A stretch of DNA of 64,000 nucleotides from an uncultured bacterium (GTDB lineage: Bacteria; Patescibacteriota; Minisyncoccia; Phycocordibacterales; UBA918): assembly GCA_965652925.1 (NCBI GenBank), contig CBFGXL010000002.1, positions 4,881-68,880 of the forward strand. The letters run 5' to 3'. The translations under genes and the position numbers were made by a program. Positions 45,882 to 55,846 of this stretch are shown here, piece after piece. The stretch's first letter is position 1; every line of letters starts with the position of its first letter. The notes beneath the pieces were generated by a model, which saw only the letters and a list, made by a program, of their open reading frames with translations, ran no database searches and was not told the DNA's origin.

Positions 45882-46696
45882 TCTGTATTAAGATCACGAT
45901 CCAGAAGTCCTGATAGTTTTTTTGTGTCTTCAACAAAATACTTTGCGAGCTCTTTGGTATCAATTTCTTTTCCAAGATCTGTATTTTTTGTATTAAGAGA
46001 ATGTATGAAATCTGGAAAACCAGTCTTACGTATTGTATGTACAAATTTGTCTAAGCCAATCCCTCTTAAGTATTCTGCACTGTAGTGCATGACTCTACCA
46101 AGAAATATACTTTTGGGGACTCGGGCAATGTTTACTTGCGAATAGAGCATAGAAGCTTCAAACTTGTCATCAACACCAAGAAATTGGTATATTCTTTTCA
46201 TAAACGTTTTTGGGTCTTTCTGTATATCTTCATAGATAAGTACCAGAAGCTGCCCTTTTGGAAAGAACGTGAAATATCGTTGCAGTTGTTCAGAATAACG
46301 ACCTTGTTCTACGACACTTTTTTCTTGCGCCATAAACGCTTCAAACGAAACAGTCTCTGTGATCTCACCGGACTTGATAGAATTTTTATATTGAGAAATT
46401 GCGCGATCCACTGGGTTGCGAAGAATGGCAATAAGTTTTACCTCTGGATACATCTCTTTAATACGAGGAGGTGCCTCTTTGCTAAACAAGTACGAGGTTG
46501 AGAACTCACCTTTTTTTAAGCCCACTTTGCAATTTTTAAAATGTGCTTCATACCACTCCCGTCCTTCCTTAAACCGCGGCCTGCTGAAGAAATGAATCTC
46601 TTTTATAGGGGCGCATATTTCTGGATGCTCATATAAACATGCGTATACCCACGAGGTCCCCGACTTCTGTGCACCTAAACCGATAAAATTGATCAT
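45866..46696 (-). CDS. PAPS-dependent sulfotransferase.
   Basis: It has the 5'-PSB motif GAQKSGTSW and the 3'-PB motif RNPVDRAISQ. It is 276 aa, the typical size for this family. Confidence 0.8.
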   Translation of the reverse strand: MINFIGLGAQKSGTSWVYACLYEHPEICAPIKEIHFFSRPRFKEGREWYEAHFKNCKVGLKKGEFSTSYLFSKEAPPRIKEMYPEVKLIAILRNPVDRAISQYKNSIKSGEITETVSFEAFMAQEKSVVEQGRYSEQLQRYFTFFPKGQLLVLIYEDIQKDPKTFMKRIYQFLGVDDKFEASMLYSQVNIARVPKSIFLGRVMHYSAEYLRGIGLDKFVHTIRKTGFPDFIHSLNTKNTDLGKEIDTKELAKYFVEDTKKLSGLLDRDLNTEWGIS

Positions 46697-47724
46697 ATGT
46701 TGAATATACGGTGTGTAAACGTATCAAGACTGTGCGCAGCAATTACTTTTTCTCTAAGCTTCAACCGAAGATATGAGACATCTTCATTTAAAAGCTTGTG
46801 TATCACACCAGCATAACGTTCGGGGGTTGGATTTTCCAGATATAATCCATCACTCAGCAAAAGATCAACAAACGCCTTGTTACCGGTCACCGGCACGCAG
46901 CCGCACAAAGATGACTCAAGAACAGTCTTGTCCATACTGTGAGTCATTGAAGTGTTCAAAAAGACTGAAGCATTTTGATATATATGTACTAACTCTTCCT
47001 GCGTTTTCGGTCCAGTAAATTTTATGTGGTCACTAACATTTTCGGAAATACATTTTTCCTTTAATTGCGAGTAGTAGATGTCATCATCCCTATAAGGGCC
47101 AATAACAGTAAATTTAAGATCACTATTTTCAGATAAAAGTATTTTTGCCGTATCTATAAAATCTTCAAGGTGCTTCACTGGCATTATTCTTCCCACAAAA
47201 ACAACCTCCTTTTTTCTATTACTTTGACTCCCAAAACTGAACAGTTCAGTATCAATAGCCTGTCCAACAATTCTTTTCTTTTTTGTTTTCACAGCAAAAC
47301 CAGTCTCAGTAGAAGTTAGGACAGTATCCACAAACAACAATCCGAGTCTCGCAGTTATGCTTATATATCCATGAGCTTTCCACCAATAAAATCTTGTCCC
47401 AAACAACGTGCGAACAAAATAAAAAGGCGCGCCGATGATGTTATAAATTGCGCCCATGTGGTAGAAAACATATTCAACTTTTGACACAAAAAATACACGT
47501 GCAAAATACTTGTAAAATCTAAATAGATATTTGATCTTGCTCTCTCCTCCCTCTTTCCCGAGCGAATACACATACACATGAGGAGGGAAAGAAAAAACTC
47601 CTTTCTGTAGGCAGATGATGTGGACCTCATCAAAATGTTTTGCAAACTCTTCTATCCACCGATGAAAAAAGCCCAATATGGGATGGTTTTTATCTACCGC
47701 CTGCGTACAGATAAGAAGCTTCAT
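46693..47724 (-). CDS. GT4-family glycosyltransferase.
   Basis: It has a Glycos_transf_1 C-terminal domain (VFVGRIMPVKHL...LNTSMTHSMDKTVLESSLCGCVPV) and a 4-bp overlap with the sulfotransferase gene. Confidence 0.75.
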   Translation of the reverse strand: MKLLICTQAVDKNHPILGFFHRWIEEFAKHFDEVHIICLQKGVFSFPPHVYVYSLGKEGGESKIKYLFRFYKYFARVFFVSKVEYVFYHMGAIYNIIGAPFYFVRTLFGTRFYWWKAHGYISITARLGLLFVDTVLTSTETGFAVKTKKKRIVGQAIDTELFSFGSQSNRKKEVVFVGRIMPVKHLEDFIDTAKILLSENSDLKFTVIGPYRDDDIYYSQLKEKCISENVSDHIKFTGPKTQEELVHIYQNASVFLNTSMTHSMDKTVLESSLCGCVPVTGNKAFVDLLLSDGLYLENPTPERYAGVIHKLLNEDVSYLRLKLREKVIAAHSLDTFTHRIFNI

Positions 47725-47779
47725 GGATTTTGAATATCCTTTATAACACGCGGGAACGCGCGACTGTTACCTTGACAGA

Positions 47780-49150
47780 CTACGCTTGTTGGGGTGCGCT
47801 CAAGGGAGCTGCAGTTGCTGGCTCGCTATCTTCCGAAAAAACGACCTCGATGGAGTCCCTGTAGGCCAGCTTATAGGCGTTGGGATCTTCGTGGAGGCGG
47901 GTTTTGATGACATCCCGTGCGTTACGGGAGAGCTGTATGCGCAAAGAATTTGCATTGAGAATATCTACCAATTTCTGACTGAAGCTCACGACATCCTCAG
48001 CATGGCACAGTAAGGCCGACTCCCCATCAGTAAAAAGGTCTTTCCTGAGCTCGGTCTGTGCAGCGAGAATCGGTAGTCCTGCCGCTGCAGCTTTTATAAC
48101 CAGCTCGTCGCTTGCCTCAGTAGTGTCTGTGCAGATGAGCACGTCTGCGGATTTCATATAGGAAATCAAAAACGACATATCCTTCTGAAAGAGCACCTGC
48201 TGCTGAATGCCAAGTATCTCAGCACGCTTCTCAAATTCCTTTTTATTTGGACCATCACCCAAAACAACCAAACCAATACGATGTGAGTTGAGAATGGTCC
48301 GGCATGCATCCATCGCACGAAACAGCGTACTCTCATGGTCAAGCTTTCCCGCAAAAAGTGCCACAAAAGAGAACTGGGGAAATGCATCCGCATCTGAGCT
48401 CTCTTCGGACGCTTTTAAGATCGCATGAATATCAAAATGTCGAGGAAGCAATGAGAGATCCTTTATGCGCGGGTATCGTTTAATGATCTGCGCTTTTATT
48501 GCTTCAGTTGCCACACGCACACTGCCAGTACGCTTCAGTACATGTCTAGCGATGCGGAGCCGCCAGGCAGTGCCTTGTGATTTTGCTCTAAATTCCGGCG
48601 TGGTAAAATCCTCAGTGATGTGGAGCTGAAACTCACGGTCATACTTTTCGGCGATCAGCAAGCCACAAAGGCCTGATTCAAAAGGATCAAGCGCTACGAC
48701 AATATCCGGCCGAAACCCGCCTGAGAATTGTAGCTGGGAATCTGCGAGCGCAAGCGACGCATACGTCTGCAGTGGCCAGAATCGGACACTCGTGGTGTAT
48801 GCCCAGACATTGATGTGCAAACGCTCAATGCGTGGCTTTCCCTGCCAAGCCTCACACAGGATGATGATATGAATCTCGTTAAATACCTCACTGATATTAA
48901 AAAAATGAAGCTGTGAAGTAGAACCCTTTTCTAGTATGGAAGCGTCTTTTGTGACAAACAAAACACGGGACTCTGAACGGTCAGACTCGAGTATCACAAT
49001 AGGGTCCTTTTGAAGCTCAGCTTCAACCGAAGACTCCATCAGTTTTTCTTTGAGGGATTCTTCAGTAGTTGATTCAAGCACCTCATCAAGAACATGCTCC
49101 GCTCTTTTGGAGGGATCGATCCATGAGGACTTCGGGGAAGGAACAGCCAT
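47780..49150 (-). CDS. GT4-like glycosyltransferase with an extended N-terminal region.
   Basis: The C-terminal half has a Glycos_transf_1 pattern (FVALFAGKLDHESTL..., GLPILAAQT). The N-terminal ~230 aa are not assignable. Confidence 0.6.
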   Translation of the reverse strand: MAVPSPKSSWIDPSKRAEHVLDEVLESTTEESLKEKLMESSVEAELQKDPIVILESDRSESRVLFVTKDASILEKGSTSQLHFFNISEVFNEIHIIILCEAWQGKPRIERLHINVWAYTTSVRFWPLQTYASLALADSQLQFSGGFRPDIVVALDPFESGLCGLLIAEKYDREFQLHITEDFTTPEFRAKSQGTAWRLRIARHVLKRTGSVRVATEAIKAQIIKRYPRIKDLSLLPRHFDIHAILKASEESSDADAFPQFSFVALFAGKLDHESTLFRAMDACRTILNSHRIGLVVLGDGPNKKEFEKRAEILGIQQQVLFQKDMSFLISYMKSADVLICTDTTEASDELVIKAAAAGLPILAAQTELRKDLFTDGESALLCHAEDVVSFSQKLVDILNANSLRIQLSRNARDVIKTRLHEDPNAYKLAYRDSIEVVFSEDSEPATAAPLSAPQQA

Positions 49151-49189
49151 ATGTGCCTATTGTATCGCACATAATGACTCGCACGGAAG

Positions 49190-50125
49190 CTATTTATCCA
49201 AAGGCTGCTGTTTCGCCCATGCTATGTAGCGGTCGATACCTTCCCATATGCCAACCTTGGGTTCAAAACCAATACTTCGCGCAAGAGAGATGTCAGCCGG
49301 GAAACGGGAGACTTCGCCCGGTCGAGCTGGCCCATGCTCAATGTTTGCCCCAAATGCTTTTGCAATATATTGTGCAATATCTTTTATGGAAGTATTTGTT
49401 CCGCTGGCAAAATTGATCGCCTTCCCTGCTAGCTCTGGATGATGAAGCACCAAAACATATGCATCGACCAGATCATCGATATTAAGATAATCCCGGGTTG
49501 CTGTCCCCTCACCAAAAACAGTGAGAGTTTCTCCAGCAAGCGCCCTGCGGACAAGAATAGGTATGAGTGCTCCGCCTTTGCCGCTTTTCTGCCGTTCTCC
49601 ATAAATATTGAATGGGCGGACGATCGTTACGTTCACGCCGAACGATTTATAATATGCATTGCACCAACGATCTGCAGCTGCTTTAGAAGCGGCATAGGGA
49701 CTGTTAGGCGAAAGTTCTGCAGTCTCATCAAGGAGTTCTCCCTCCTTCAATGTGTGTCCGTCACCGTACACTTCGCAGGTTGAGGCATATATCATTCTGC
49801 AATGATTTTCGCGCACCGCTTCAAGGATATTATGCGTACCCATCACATTTACCTCAAGAAAGCTCAGAGGGTCTTTAAGTGACTCATCAACATTGATGTT
49901 GGCAGCGAGGTGAAAGACAACATCCTGTCCACGGACAACCTTGTCCACAACGGTTCTGTCGGTAATTGAACCATAGACCATCCGCGCACCACTAAGGGCC
50001 TCAACATTGGGTTCGATCTCCTTGGAATACGTATTGAGCACGGTCACATCATGTCCATCTGCCAAAAGGCGTTCCGAAAGATGGCTTCCCTGAAATCCTG
50101 CCCCACCGGTTATAAGTATTTTCAT
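49190..50125 (-). CDS. NAD-dependent sugar epimerase/dehydratase (extended SDR).
   Basis: MKILITGGAGFQGSHL is a GxxGxxG Rossmann motif, and there are YxxxK catalytic residues (YAASKAAAD). The ORF-track start at 50179 adds 18 non-conserved residues, so 50125 is the likelier start. Confidence 0.8.
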   Translation of the reverse strand: MKILITGGAGFQGSHLSERLLADGHDVTVLNTYSKEIEPNVEALSGARMVYGSITDRTVVDKVVRGQDVVFHLAANINVDESLKDPLSFLEVNVMGTHNILEAVRENHCRMIYASTCEVYGDGHTLKEGELLDETAELSPNSPYAASKAAADRWCNAYYKSFGVNVTIVRPFNIYGERQKSGKGGALIPILVRRALAGETLTVFGEGTATRDYLNIDDLVDAYVLVLHHPELAGKAINFASGTNTSIKDIAQYIAKAFGANIEHGPARPGEVSRFPADISLARSIGFEPKVGIWEGIDRYIAWAKQQPLDK

Positions 50126-50141
50126 GTGCTGTACTGAATGA

Positions 50142-51281
50142 TTAATGTTTGTTCCGCAATGCCTGCTCCCACGAGGCACGGTACTTGTCTAAAACCATAT
50201 CAAAAGTCGGCAGTTCTGCAATGGAACGCTGGGCGTTCTGCCCGAGACGAGTGCGAAGTTCCTCATCCTCTATTACATGCAGAAGAACTTGCGTGAATGC
50301 TTCTTCGTCTTTTGGCTCCACAATAAGCGCACTCACCCGATCTTCCACTACCTCACCTGCACAACCAACATTGGTCATCACAATGGGAGTGCCTGCTGTT
50401 GCCGCTTCAACAACCACCATGCCGAAGCCCTCAAAGTCCGAGGTAAGGACGAAACAGTCACTTTGTGTGAAGAATGCACTCAGCTCTGAACCGAATTTTG
50501 CCCCGTGGAGTATGACATGTGATGAAAGTCCGTGCTCTTTGATCTCTTTTTCCAAACTTTCCTTCTCCGGCCCATCACCGACTATGTGAAGCAATACCTC
50601 AGGATGCTTCTGCGCGATCTCCTTGATCGCACACAGCTGCATAGGAATGTTCTTAATAGGAACCAACCGATTGACGCTCACAATATTGAAGCGCGATCCA
50701 TACTGCTGATCAAAGTGTGATGTGTAATGAACAAGCTCTGCCTTCTGTTCCTCACTTTTAATTCCGGACAATCCAAGCGAAGAGACATCAACATAGATTG
50801 GTACAAGCACCATACGGTCTTCTGATATGCCGAACTCGGTTACCAGACGCTTCCAGAGTCCTTTGCTCAGTACGCGTATGGAACCAGCTCTCTTGAGAGT
50901 GAATTGGGATAGCGCTTTGCGGAAAAAGTTGAGCTTCTCAATACCCAAGACCTGCACCTCAAGCCCGCAGTGGAAGTATCGGGAAAGCAACACTCCTAAT
51001 AGACCCAGGAAGTACGTATCCTGTGCAGTGATCACGTCACACTTCTCTTCGTGCACGCGCTGCCACGCCAGCACAGCCATGCGCACAAACTGAGCAATCT
51101 TAGTGCGACCGCCGGTACCGTACACTGTAGTATTCGAAGAAAGCTGCACATGCTTCTTCTCAGGCGACGGAACAATAATCGAAAGAGATTCAAGCACTTC
51201 TCCGTACCGCACATTACGTGCAGCGACAACACTGTCTTTATTGAGTATCTGCGGGTCTAGACTGAAGCTGAGTATTTTCAT
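50142..51281 (-). CDS. GT4-family glycosyltransferase.
   Basis: It shows a Glycos_transf_1 pattern (SVNRLVPIKNIP..., EGFGMVVVEAATAGTPIV). Confidence 0.72.
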   Translation of the reverse strand: MKILSFSLDPQILNKDSVVAARNVRYGEVLESLSIIVPSPEKKHVQLSSNTTVYGTGGRTKIAQFVRMAVLAWQRVHEEKCDVITAQDTYFLGLLGVLLSRYFHCGLEVQVLGIEKLNFFRKALSQFTLKRAGSIRVLSKGLWKRLVTEFGISEDRMVLVPIYVDVSSLGLSGIKSEEQKAELVHYTSHFDQQYGSRFNIVSVNRLVPIKNIPMQLCAIKEIAQKHPEVLLHIVGDGPEKESLEKEIKEHGLSSHVILHGAKFGSELSAFFTQSDCFVLTSDFEGFGMVVVEAATAGTPIVMTNVGCAGEVVEDRVSALIVEPKDEEAFTQVLLHVIEDEELRTRLGQNAQRSIAELPTFDMVLDKYRASWEQALRNKH

Positions 51282-51286
51282 ATATG

Positions 51287-52426
51287 CTAGTGAGTAACTA
51301 TACGCGAAAGCAGCTCTACAAAATGAGCAGCTTCCCGTTCCTGTGTAAAGTCCTGAAGACGCACGCGGGCATTCTGCACCATCCGTTGGCGGAGCTGCTC
51401 ATTATCAAGAAGTCGGGCTATTACTTTAGAGAGCACTTCAGTGTCGCATGGTTCAACAAGAATACCTGAAATTTCGTCTCGTATGAGTTCAGGATTGCCT
51501 CCCACACGTGTAGACACAATAGGAACCCCCAGTTCCATGACCTCAAGCAGCTGATGTGAAAGACCTTCGTATGATGTATTGAGCACAAAGAGGTCTGACG
51601 CCTTGATGGACTCACCAAGCGCTTTTTTATCTAATCTTCCCAAGAAACGCACCTTACCCTCCAGATGCAAATTGCGTACCTTCTTTTCAAGCGCTTCGCG
51701 CTCTGGACCGTCGCCAATAATGAGAAGTGTAGTTTGAGGTCGCTCCCGCAACAAGAATGAAAACGCATCCATAAGCTCAGCAAAACCTTTCCACGGCACA
51801 AGCCTGCCTGCTGAGGTGATAACAGCACCTTCATACCCCAATGACTCTCTCAGAGCTGTTTTTGACTCAGGGATAGCAAGAGGCGAAAGTGCACTGTATA
51901 CCACATGTACATAAGAGGGTTCTACTCCCCACGTTACAATGATGTTCTTGAGGTACTCGCTTGGCGCAATCACCAGACGTGCTCTTTTAACCACAAAGCT
52001 CTGTATGGCTGCAAGCAGCCTCACCTGCAGCGGCGCTTCTTTGCGTACGTGCGTATACTCGTCGAGTGTCTGTGTGAGTCCAAAACGCTGCTGCCCTTGC
52101 TCCCATGCGTAATCGCCCCCCAGACGGATAATGAATTTCTTGCCCAGGAGCACACTTACAAGGTAGGTAGGCACACCGACACTCACTGGATCAAGTGCAT
52201 ACAGTACATCGGCTTCCCTACCTGCTCTCAGTACAGACCAGAAAAATGTAGCATGGCGCACGATCTTCGGCAGGTGACGCACCGAACTGAACGCAATAAC
52301 TTCCACAGTGCAACCGAGCCCAGGAAGCTTTTCTTCAAGCATACGTGTGTACGTAGCGGGACCGCCGATCTCAGGCGGGTAGAGTCCGGTAGCTATCAGT
52401 ACTCGTATGTTTGTAGTGTCTTTCAT
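51287..52426 (-). CDS. GT4-family glycosyltransferase.
   Basis: It has the classic E-x7-E (SYEGLSHQLLEVMELGVPIVSTRVGG) and the N-terminal Glyco_trans_4 domain. Confidence 0.8.
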   Translation of the reverse strand: MKDTTNIRVLIATGLYPPEIGGPATYTRMLEEKLPGLGCTVEVIAFSSVRHLPKIVRHATFFWSVLRAGREADVLYALDPVSVGVPTYLVSVLLGKKFIIRLGGDYAWEQGQQRFGLTQTLDEYTHVRKEAPLQVRLLAAIQSFVVKRARLVIAPSEYLKNIIVTWGVEPSYVHVVYSALSPLAIPESKTALRESLGYEGAVITSAGRLVPWKGFAELMDAFSFLLRERPQTTLLIIGDGPEREALEKKVRNLHLEGKVRFLGRLDKKALGESIKASDLFVLNTSYEGLSHQLLEVMELGVPIVSTRVGGNPELIRDEISGILVEPCDTEVLSKVIARLLDNEQLRQRMVQNARVRLQDFTQEREAAHFVELLSRIVTH

Positions 52427-52977
52427 ATGTGTAGCTGTTCGACATCATCAAAAGAACGGACGCGCACAAAGGAATCGTCAGCCTCATCCATCTGCGTATA
52501 TCGATCCATAAGCACAGCCTTGATCCCCAATTGCAGTGCTTCTTCCACATAGACCTTCCGATCATCGATAAACAGACATGCCTCTTGACGTTCTGTACAA
52601 GCATCTTTAAGCATCTGCAACGCCTGTGACTTAGAAGCACCCACTATATGCACCCGATCATCACCCACAATATCCATAACTCCTGAGATTTCTATCTTTC
52701 GTCGCTGATATAATTCCTGTACATCTTCTGCCTGATTATTAAGCGGATTGCTGCTTATATACGAGGAAACGATATCGCATGCAGTTCGATGACGTAGAAG
52801 AAAGGCATACGCGTCAGGATACACAAGCAAAGTCGCATCAAAGTGCGGGTCATGTGCAGTGAGCTCATCAAAAAGCGACGCTGAACGTTCTGCTTCTTCC
52901 AAATGAAGCGCACTCATTCGCCCCTTGAGCGCTTCTGTATTAAATATGACTCCGTCAAAATCAAGAAGGTATCTCAT
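52423..52977 (-). CDS. HAD-superfamily hydrolase/phosphatase.
   Basis: It has motif I LLDFDGVIF and motif IV FIDDR, and is small at 184 aa. Confidence 0.65.
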   Translation of the reverse strand: MRYLLDFDGVIFNTEALKGRMSALHLEEAERSASLFDELTAHDPHFDATLLVYPDAYAFLLRHRTACDIVSSYISSNPLNNQAEDVQELYQRRKIEISGVMDIVGDDRVHIVGASKSQALQMLKDACTERQEACLFIDDRKVYVEEALQLGIKAVLMDRYTQMDEADDSFVRVRSFDDVEQLHI

Positions 52978-52980
52978 AGC

Positions 52981-53991
52981 TTATACAAGAAGCTGCAGAA
53001 GAAGTGCCGCGAATTTGTCTCCATCTCCTCGCACGAGACTTCGTTGTAACACATCTCCTTTCCGCTTTATGACCTCCTCGGAACTCAGAAGATCAGCGCG
53101 GACCACTGTATACTCGCACTCATCGCAGTCATCAACAACCGGGTACTGAAATGCCTGTGCATACTTCTCAAGAAGGTGCTTCGGCACGTTGCCGGTGTTC
53201 ACGATCACACAGTCAGGTGTGCGTCCGACATACCGCGCAACTTCCTTCACATGGTCGCACGCGGACATGTTATACGTCTGTCCGGGACGCGTCATCAAGT
53301 TGGACGCAAAAACGAATTTTGCTTGTGAGGCCTGTATTGCTTCCGGCACACCTTCGACCACACAATTTGCGAGCAAGCTTGAATACAGATCTCCAGGACC
53401 AAGCAATATAAGGTCCGCATGGATGAGTGCTTCTTTTACATCATTAGTGATGTGGCCTTTTGGATTCGTTGTAAGCGAAACGATCCTCCGTTCGTAGCGA
53501 TCTTCTGGCGGTTCATCGATCTCATGCTCTCCTGCAATTACCAGACCATCGTCGTACGTTGCGACAATATGGATATCATCTTCAGTAACGGGCAGGACCC
53601 GTCCTTTAATGCGGAGCAAACGCGAAGCAGCTTTCACCGCCTCCGCTTCGCTGCCAAGTATTTGAGTGAGCGCCACCATGAAGAGATTGCCGAAGTTGTG
53701 ACCATTAAGCCCTTCCCCTTTATCAAAGCGATGCAAGAACAGCTCACGCAACAAAAGGTCGTCTTCATTGACCTCGCTTGCAAGTGCAGTAAGCGCCATC
53801 CGGACGTCCCCCACGGGCAACTGTCCAAACTCGTCCCGCAAGCGTCCCGTTGAACCTCCAGAGTCTGCCATGGTGATCACTGCCGTGATATCGACCGTGT
53901 CAGCGTATTTCTTGAGGCCCCGGAGGATAGGGTGCGTCCCCGTGCCACCCCCAATGACGACAATTGATTTCTTCCCACCCGATTTTTGCAT
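52981..53991 (-). CDS. YvcK/CofD-family protein (gluconeogenesis factor, UDP-sugar-binding).
   Basis: It has IVVIGGGTGT and ADSGGSTGRLR, the hallmark UPF0052 motifs. Confidence 0.8.
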   Translation of the reverse strand: MQKSGGKKSIVVIGGGTGTHPILRGLKKYADTVDITAVITMADSGGSTGRLRDEFGQLPVGDVRMALTALASEVNEDDLLLRELFLHRFDKGEGLNGHNFGNLFMVALTQILGSEAEAVKAASRLLRIKGRVLPVTEDDIHIVATYDDGLVIAGEHEIDEPPEDRYERRIVSLTTNPKGHITNDVKEALIHADLILLGPGDLYSSLLANCVVEGVPEAIQASQAKFVFASNLMTRPGQTYNMSACDHVKEVARYVGRTPDCVIVNTGNVPKHLLEKYAQAFQYPVVDDCDECEYTVVRADLLSSEEVIKRKGDVLQRSLVRGDGDKFAALLLQLLV

Positions 53992-54072
53992 ACCATAAAT
54001 CTAACCATATCTTTGAGATAAAAGGTACGCAGACCGTATACAGAATGGTCTATTCACTGTATATTTCTCTGT

Positions 54073-55086
54073 ATGTCAAATAGGCCGCTTTTTGTGGTTT
54101 CCCTTGATTTTGAACTGTATTGGGGCATGTTCGACAAGGTGACACTCGATACGTACGGAGAGAACATCAAGGGAGTCCACGAAGCTATCCCTGAGCTTCT
54201 CTCGCTCTTCGAAAAATACGGTGTGCACGCCACCTGGGCAGTGGTTGGCATGCTCATGTGTAGAAGCAAAGACGAACTGATGAGCCTTTTGCCCGAACCC
54301 TCTTTGCGTCCGCAGTACGACGATATGCGGTTATCGGCGTATGAACATATTCTTCATACAAACATCGGCGAAAACGAACAGAACGACCCATATCACTACG
54401 GACACTCATTGGTTGAGATGATCCTCCGTACGCAACACCAAGAACTCGGCAGTCACACCTTTTCGCACTACTATGCGCAAGATGGCAGCAATAATGGCGA
54501 AGCCATTTTTGCTGCCGACTGCGCAGCATTCAGAAACGTTTCGGAACGCTTCGGCGCGAAGATCACCTCGATTGTCTTCCCTCGCAATCAGACAAGTCCT
54601 GAGGCGCTTCGTGTCTGTAAACAATTCGGTTATCAGGTCTACCGAGGCACACCTGATCATTTCCTCTACACCGGCAAAAAGGAAAAAGAACAAACAAATA
54701 TTTTCCTGCGGATCCTGCGCTTGATCGACGCTTACATCAATATCAGCGGTCACCACAGCTATCCCATTAACAGCGTCAGTGAACCAATTCTCAGTAACGT
54801 GCCCGGCAGCAGATTCCTGCGGCCGTATTCACATTCGCTGCGTCTTATAGAGCGCCTGCGCATTGCGCGCATCAAGAAAAGCATGACTTATGCTGCAACA
54901 CATGGTGAGGTATTTCATCTCTGGTGGCACCCGCACAACTTTGGAACCAACCGCAAAGAGAATCTCGCAAATCTCATTGAGATCCTGGAACACTTTAAAG
55001 ACCTACAAACTTTGTACGGTATGGAGAGCGCAACTATGCAGGAGGTTGCTACACGCGCGAACGAATCAGCTGCTTCAGTTTCTTAG
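54073..55086 (+). CDS. Polysaccharide deacetylase-family protein (CE4-like, WalW/PEP-CTERM-locus type).
   Basis: FVVSLDFELYWGMFD plus His-rich downstream motifs. Its 3' end overlaps the convergent PHP gene by 38 bp. Confidence 0.55.
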   Translation: MSNRPLFVVSLDFELYWGMFDKVTLDTYGENIKGVHEAIPELLSLFEKYGVHATWAVVGMLMCRSKDELMSLLPEPSLRPQYDDMRLSAYEHILHTNIGENEQNDPYHYGHSLVEMILRTQHQELGSHTFSHYYAQDGSNNGEAIFAADCAAFRNVSERFGAKITSIVFPRNQTSPEALRVCKQFGYQVYRGTPDHFLYTGKKEKEQTNIFLRILRLIDAYINISGHHSYPINSVSEPILSNVPGSRFLRPYSHSLRLIERLRIARIKKSMTYAATHGEVFHLWWHPHNFGTNRKENLANLIEILEHFKDLQTLYGMESATMQEVATRANESAASVS

Positions 55087-55846
55087 GAAGCCGCAGTCCG
55101 AATAGAGCCAAGAAGGCATTGGTTCGTTTACCCAGCCCAATAACAGTGAGCGAAATAAAACTGAGCAGATTATGTTGAATGCTACCACTACCTCTCCACA
55201 GCCCTGTTGGCGAGACCGCTATTTTGGATGTTCCAAAGACATATTGCCCCTCTTTAAGCGCCCTGATGATAGCATCCGAGGTCACGTGTTCTACATCTAT
55301 GGAAATAAGCGGGGCACCGAAATGTTCTCTGCGATGGAAATCTAAACCTCCCGTTGCGAAAAGCCCTTCGTTCTTTTCCTGCAAGGATCGTAAAAGCTGA
55401 GCAGCTCGTGGACGAGGGACGAGCTTGCCATCGTACTGCTGATTCCAGATCTCAACTCCATCAATCACATCTTTGAGTACCTGATCCACTACAAAGCGAT
55501 TACGAACCGGGTGTGCCAAGACGGTCAGTGCCGCGCGCTCTGCCCATTGAGCAAGAGTGTACTCATCAGCAACTTGTCCCAGAAATGTCTCCGTACCCAA
55601 AAACAGAACATGCGCATCCTTGTACGGTACCTCAAATCCAGGAATAAAAACAAACTGGCTTCCCGAAAGCGACTTACATTCCTGCACAAACAGCTGAGCT
55701 TCCTCTATGGTCAGTTTGTCTGTGTGTTCTGTTAAAAAACAGAATGTTATACCTTCTTTCTGCAGAAAGGATTTCAGAGCAGAAAGGTTCTCTTTCCCAT
55801 CATATGAGTAGGTTGAATGCACATGCGCTACGCCTTTGATTTCCAT
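55049..55846 (-). CDS. PHP-domain metal-dependent phosphoesterase.
   Basis: The N-terminal GVAHVHSTYSYDG (HxH...D) and the later TEHTD/H motifs are typical of the PHP family. Confidence 0.55.
   Translation of the reverse strand: MEIKGVAHVHSTYSYDGKENLSALKSFLQKEGITFCFLTEHTDKLTIEEAQLFVQECKSLSGSQFVFIPGFEVPYKDAHVLFLGTETFLGQVADEYTLAQWAERAALTVLAHPVRNRFVVDQVLKDVIDGVEIWNQQYDGKLVPRPRAAQLLRSLQEKNEGLFATGGLDFHRREHFGAPLISIDVEHVTSDAIIRALKEGQYVFGTSKIAVSPTGLWRGSGSIQHNLLSFISLTVIGLGKRTNAFLALFGLRLPKKLKQLIRSRV

Noticed and set aside
52371-52640. An 89-aa minus-strand ORF overlapping the HAD/GT4 junction. The same applies to similar short ORFs at 51421..51618, 51631..51834 and 53634..53828.
   Set aside because: They are alternate-frame or nested ORFs within well-supported GT4, HAD and YvcK genes, and have no conserved motifs.
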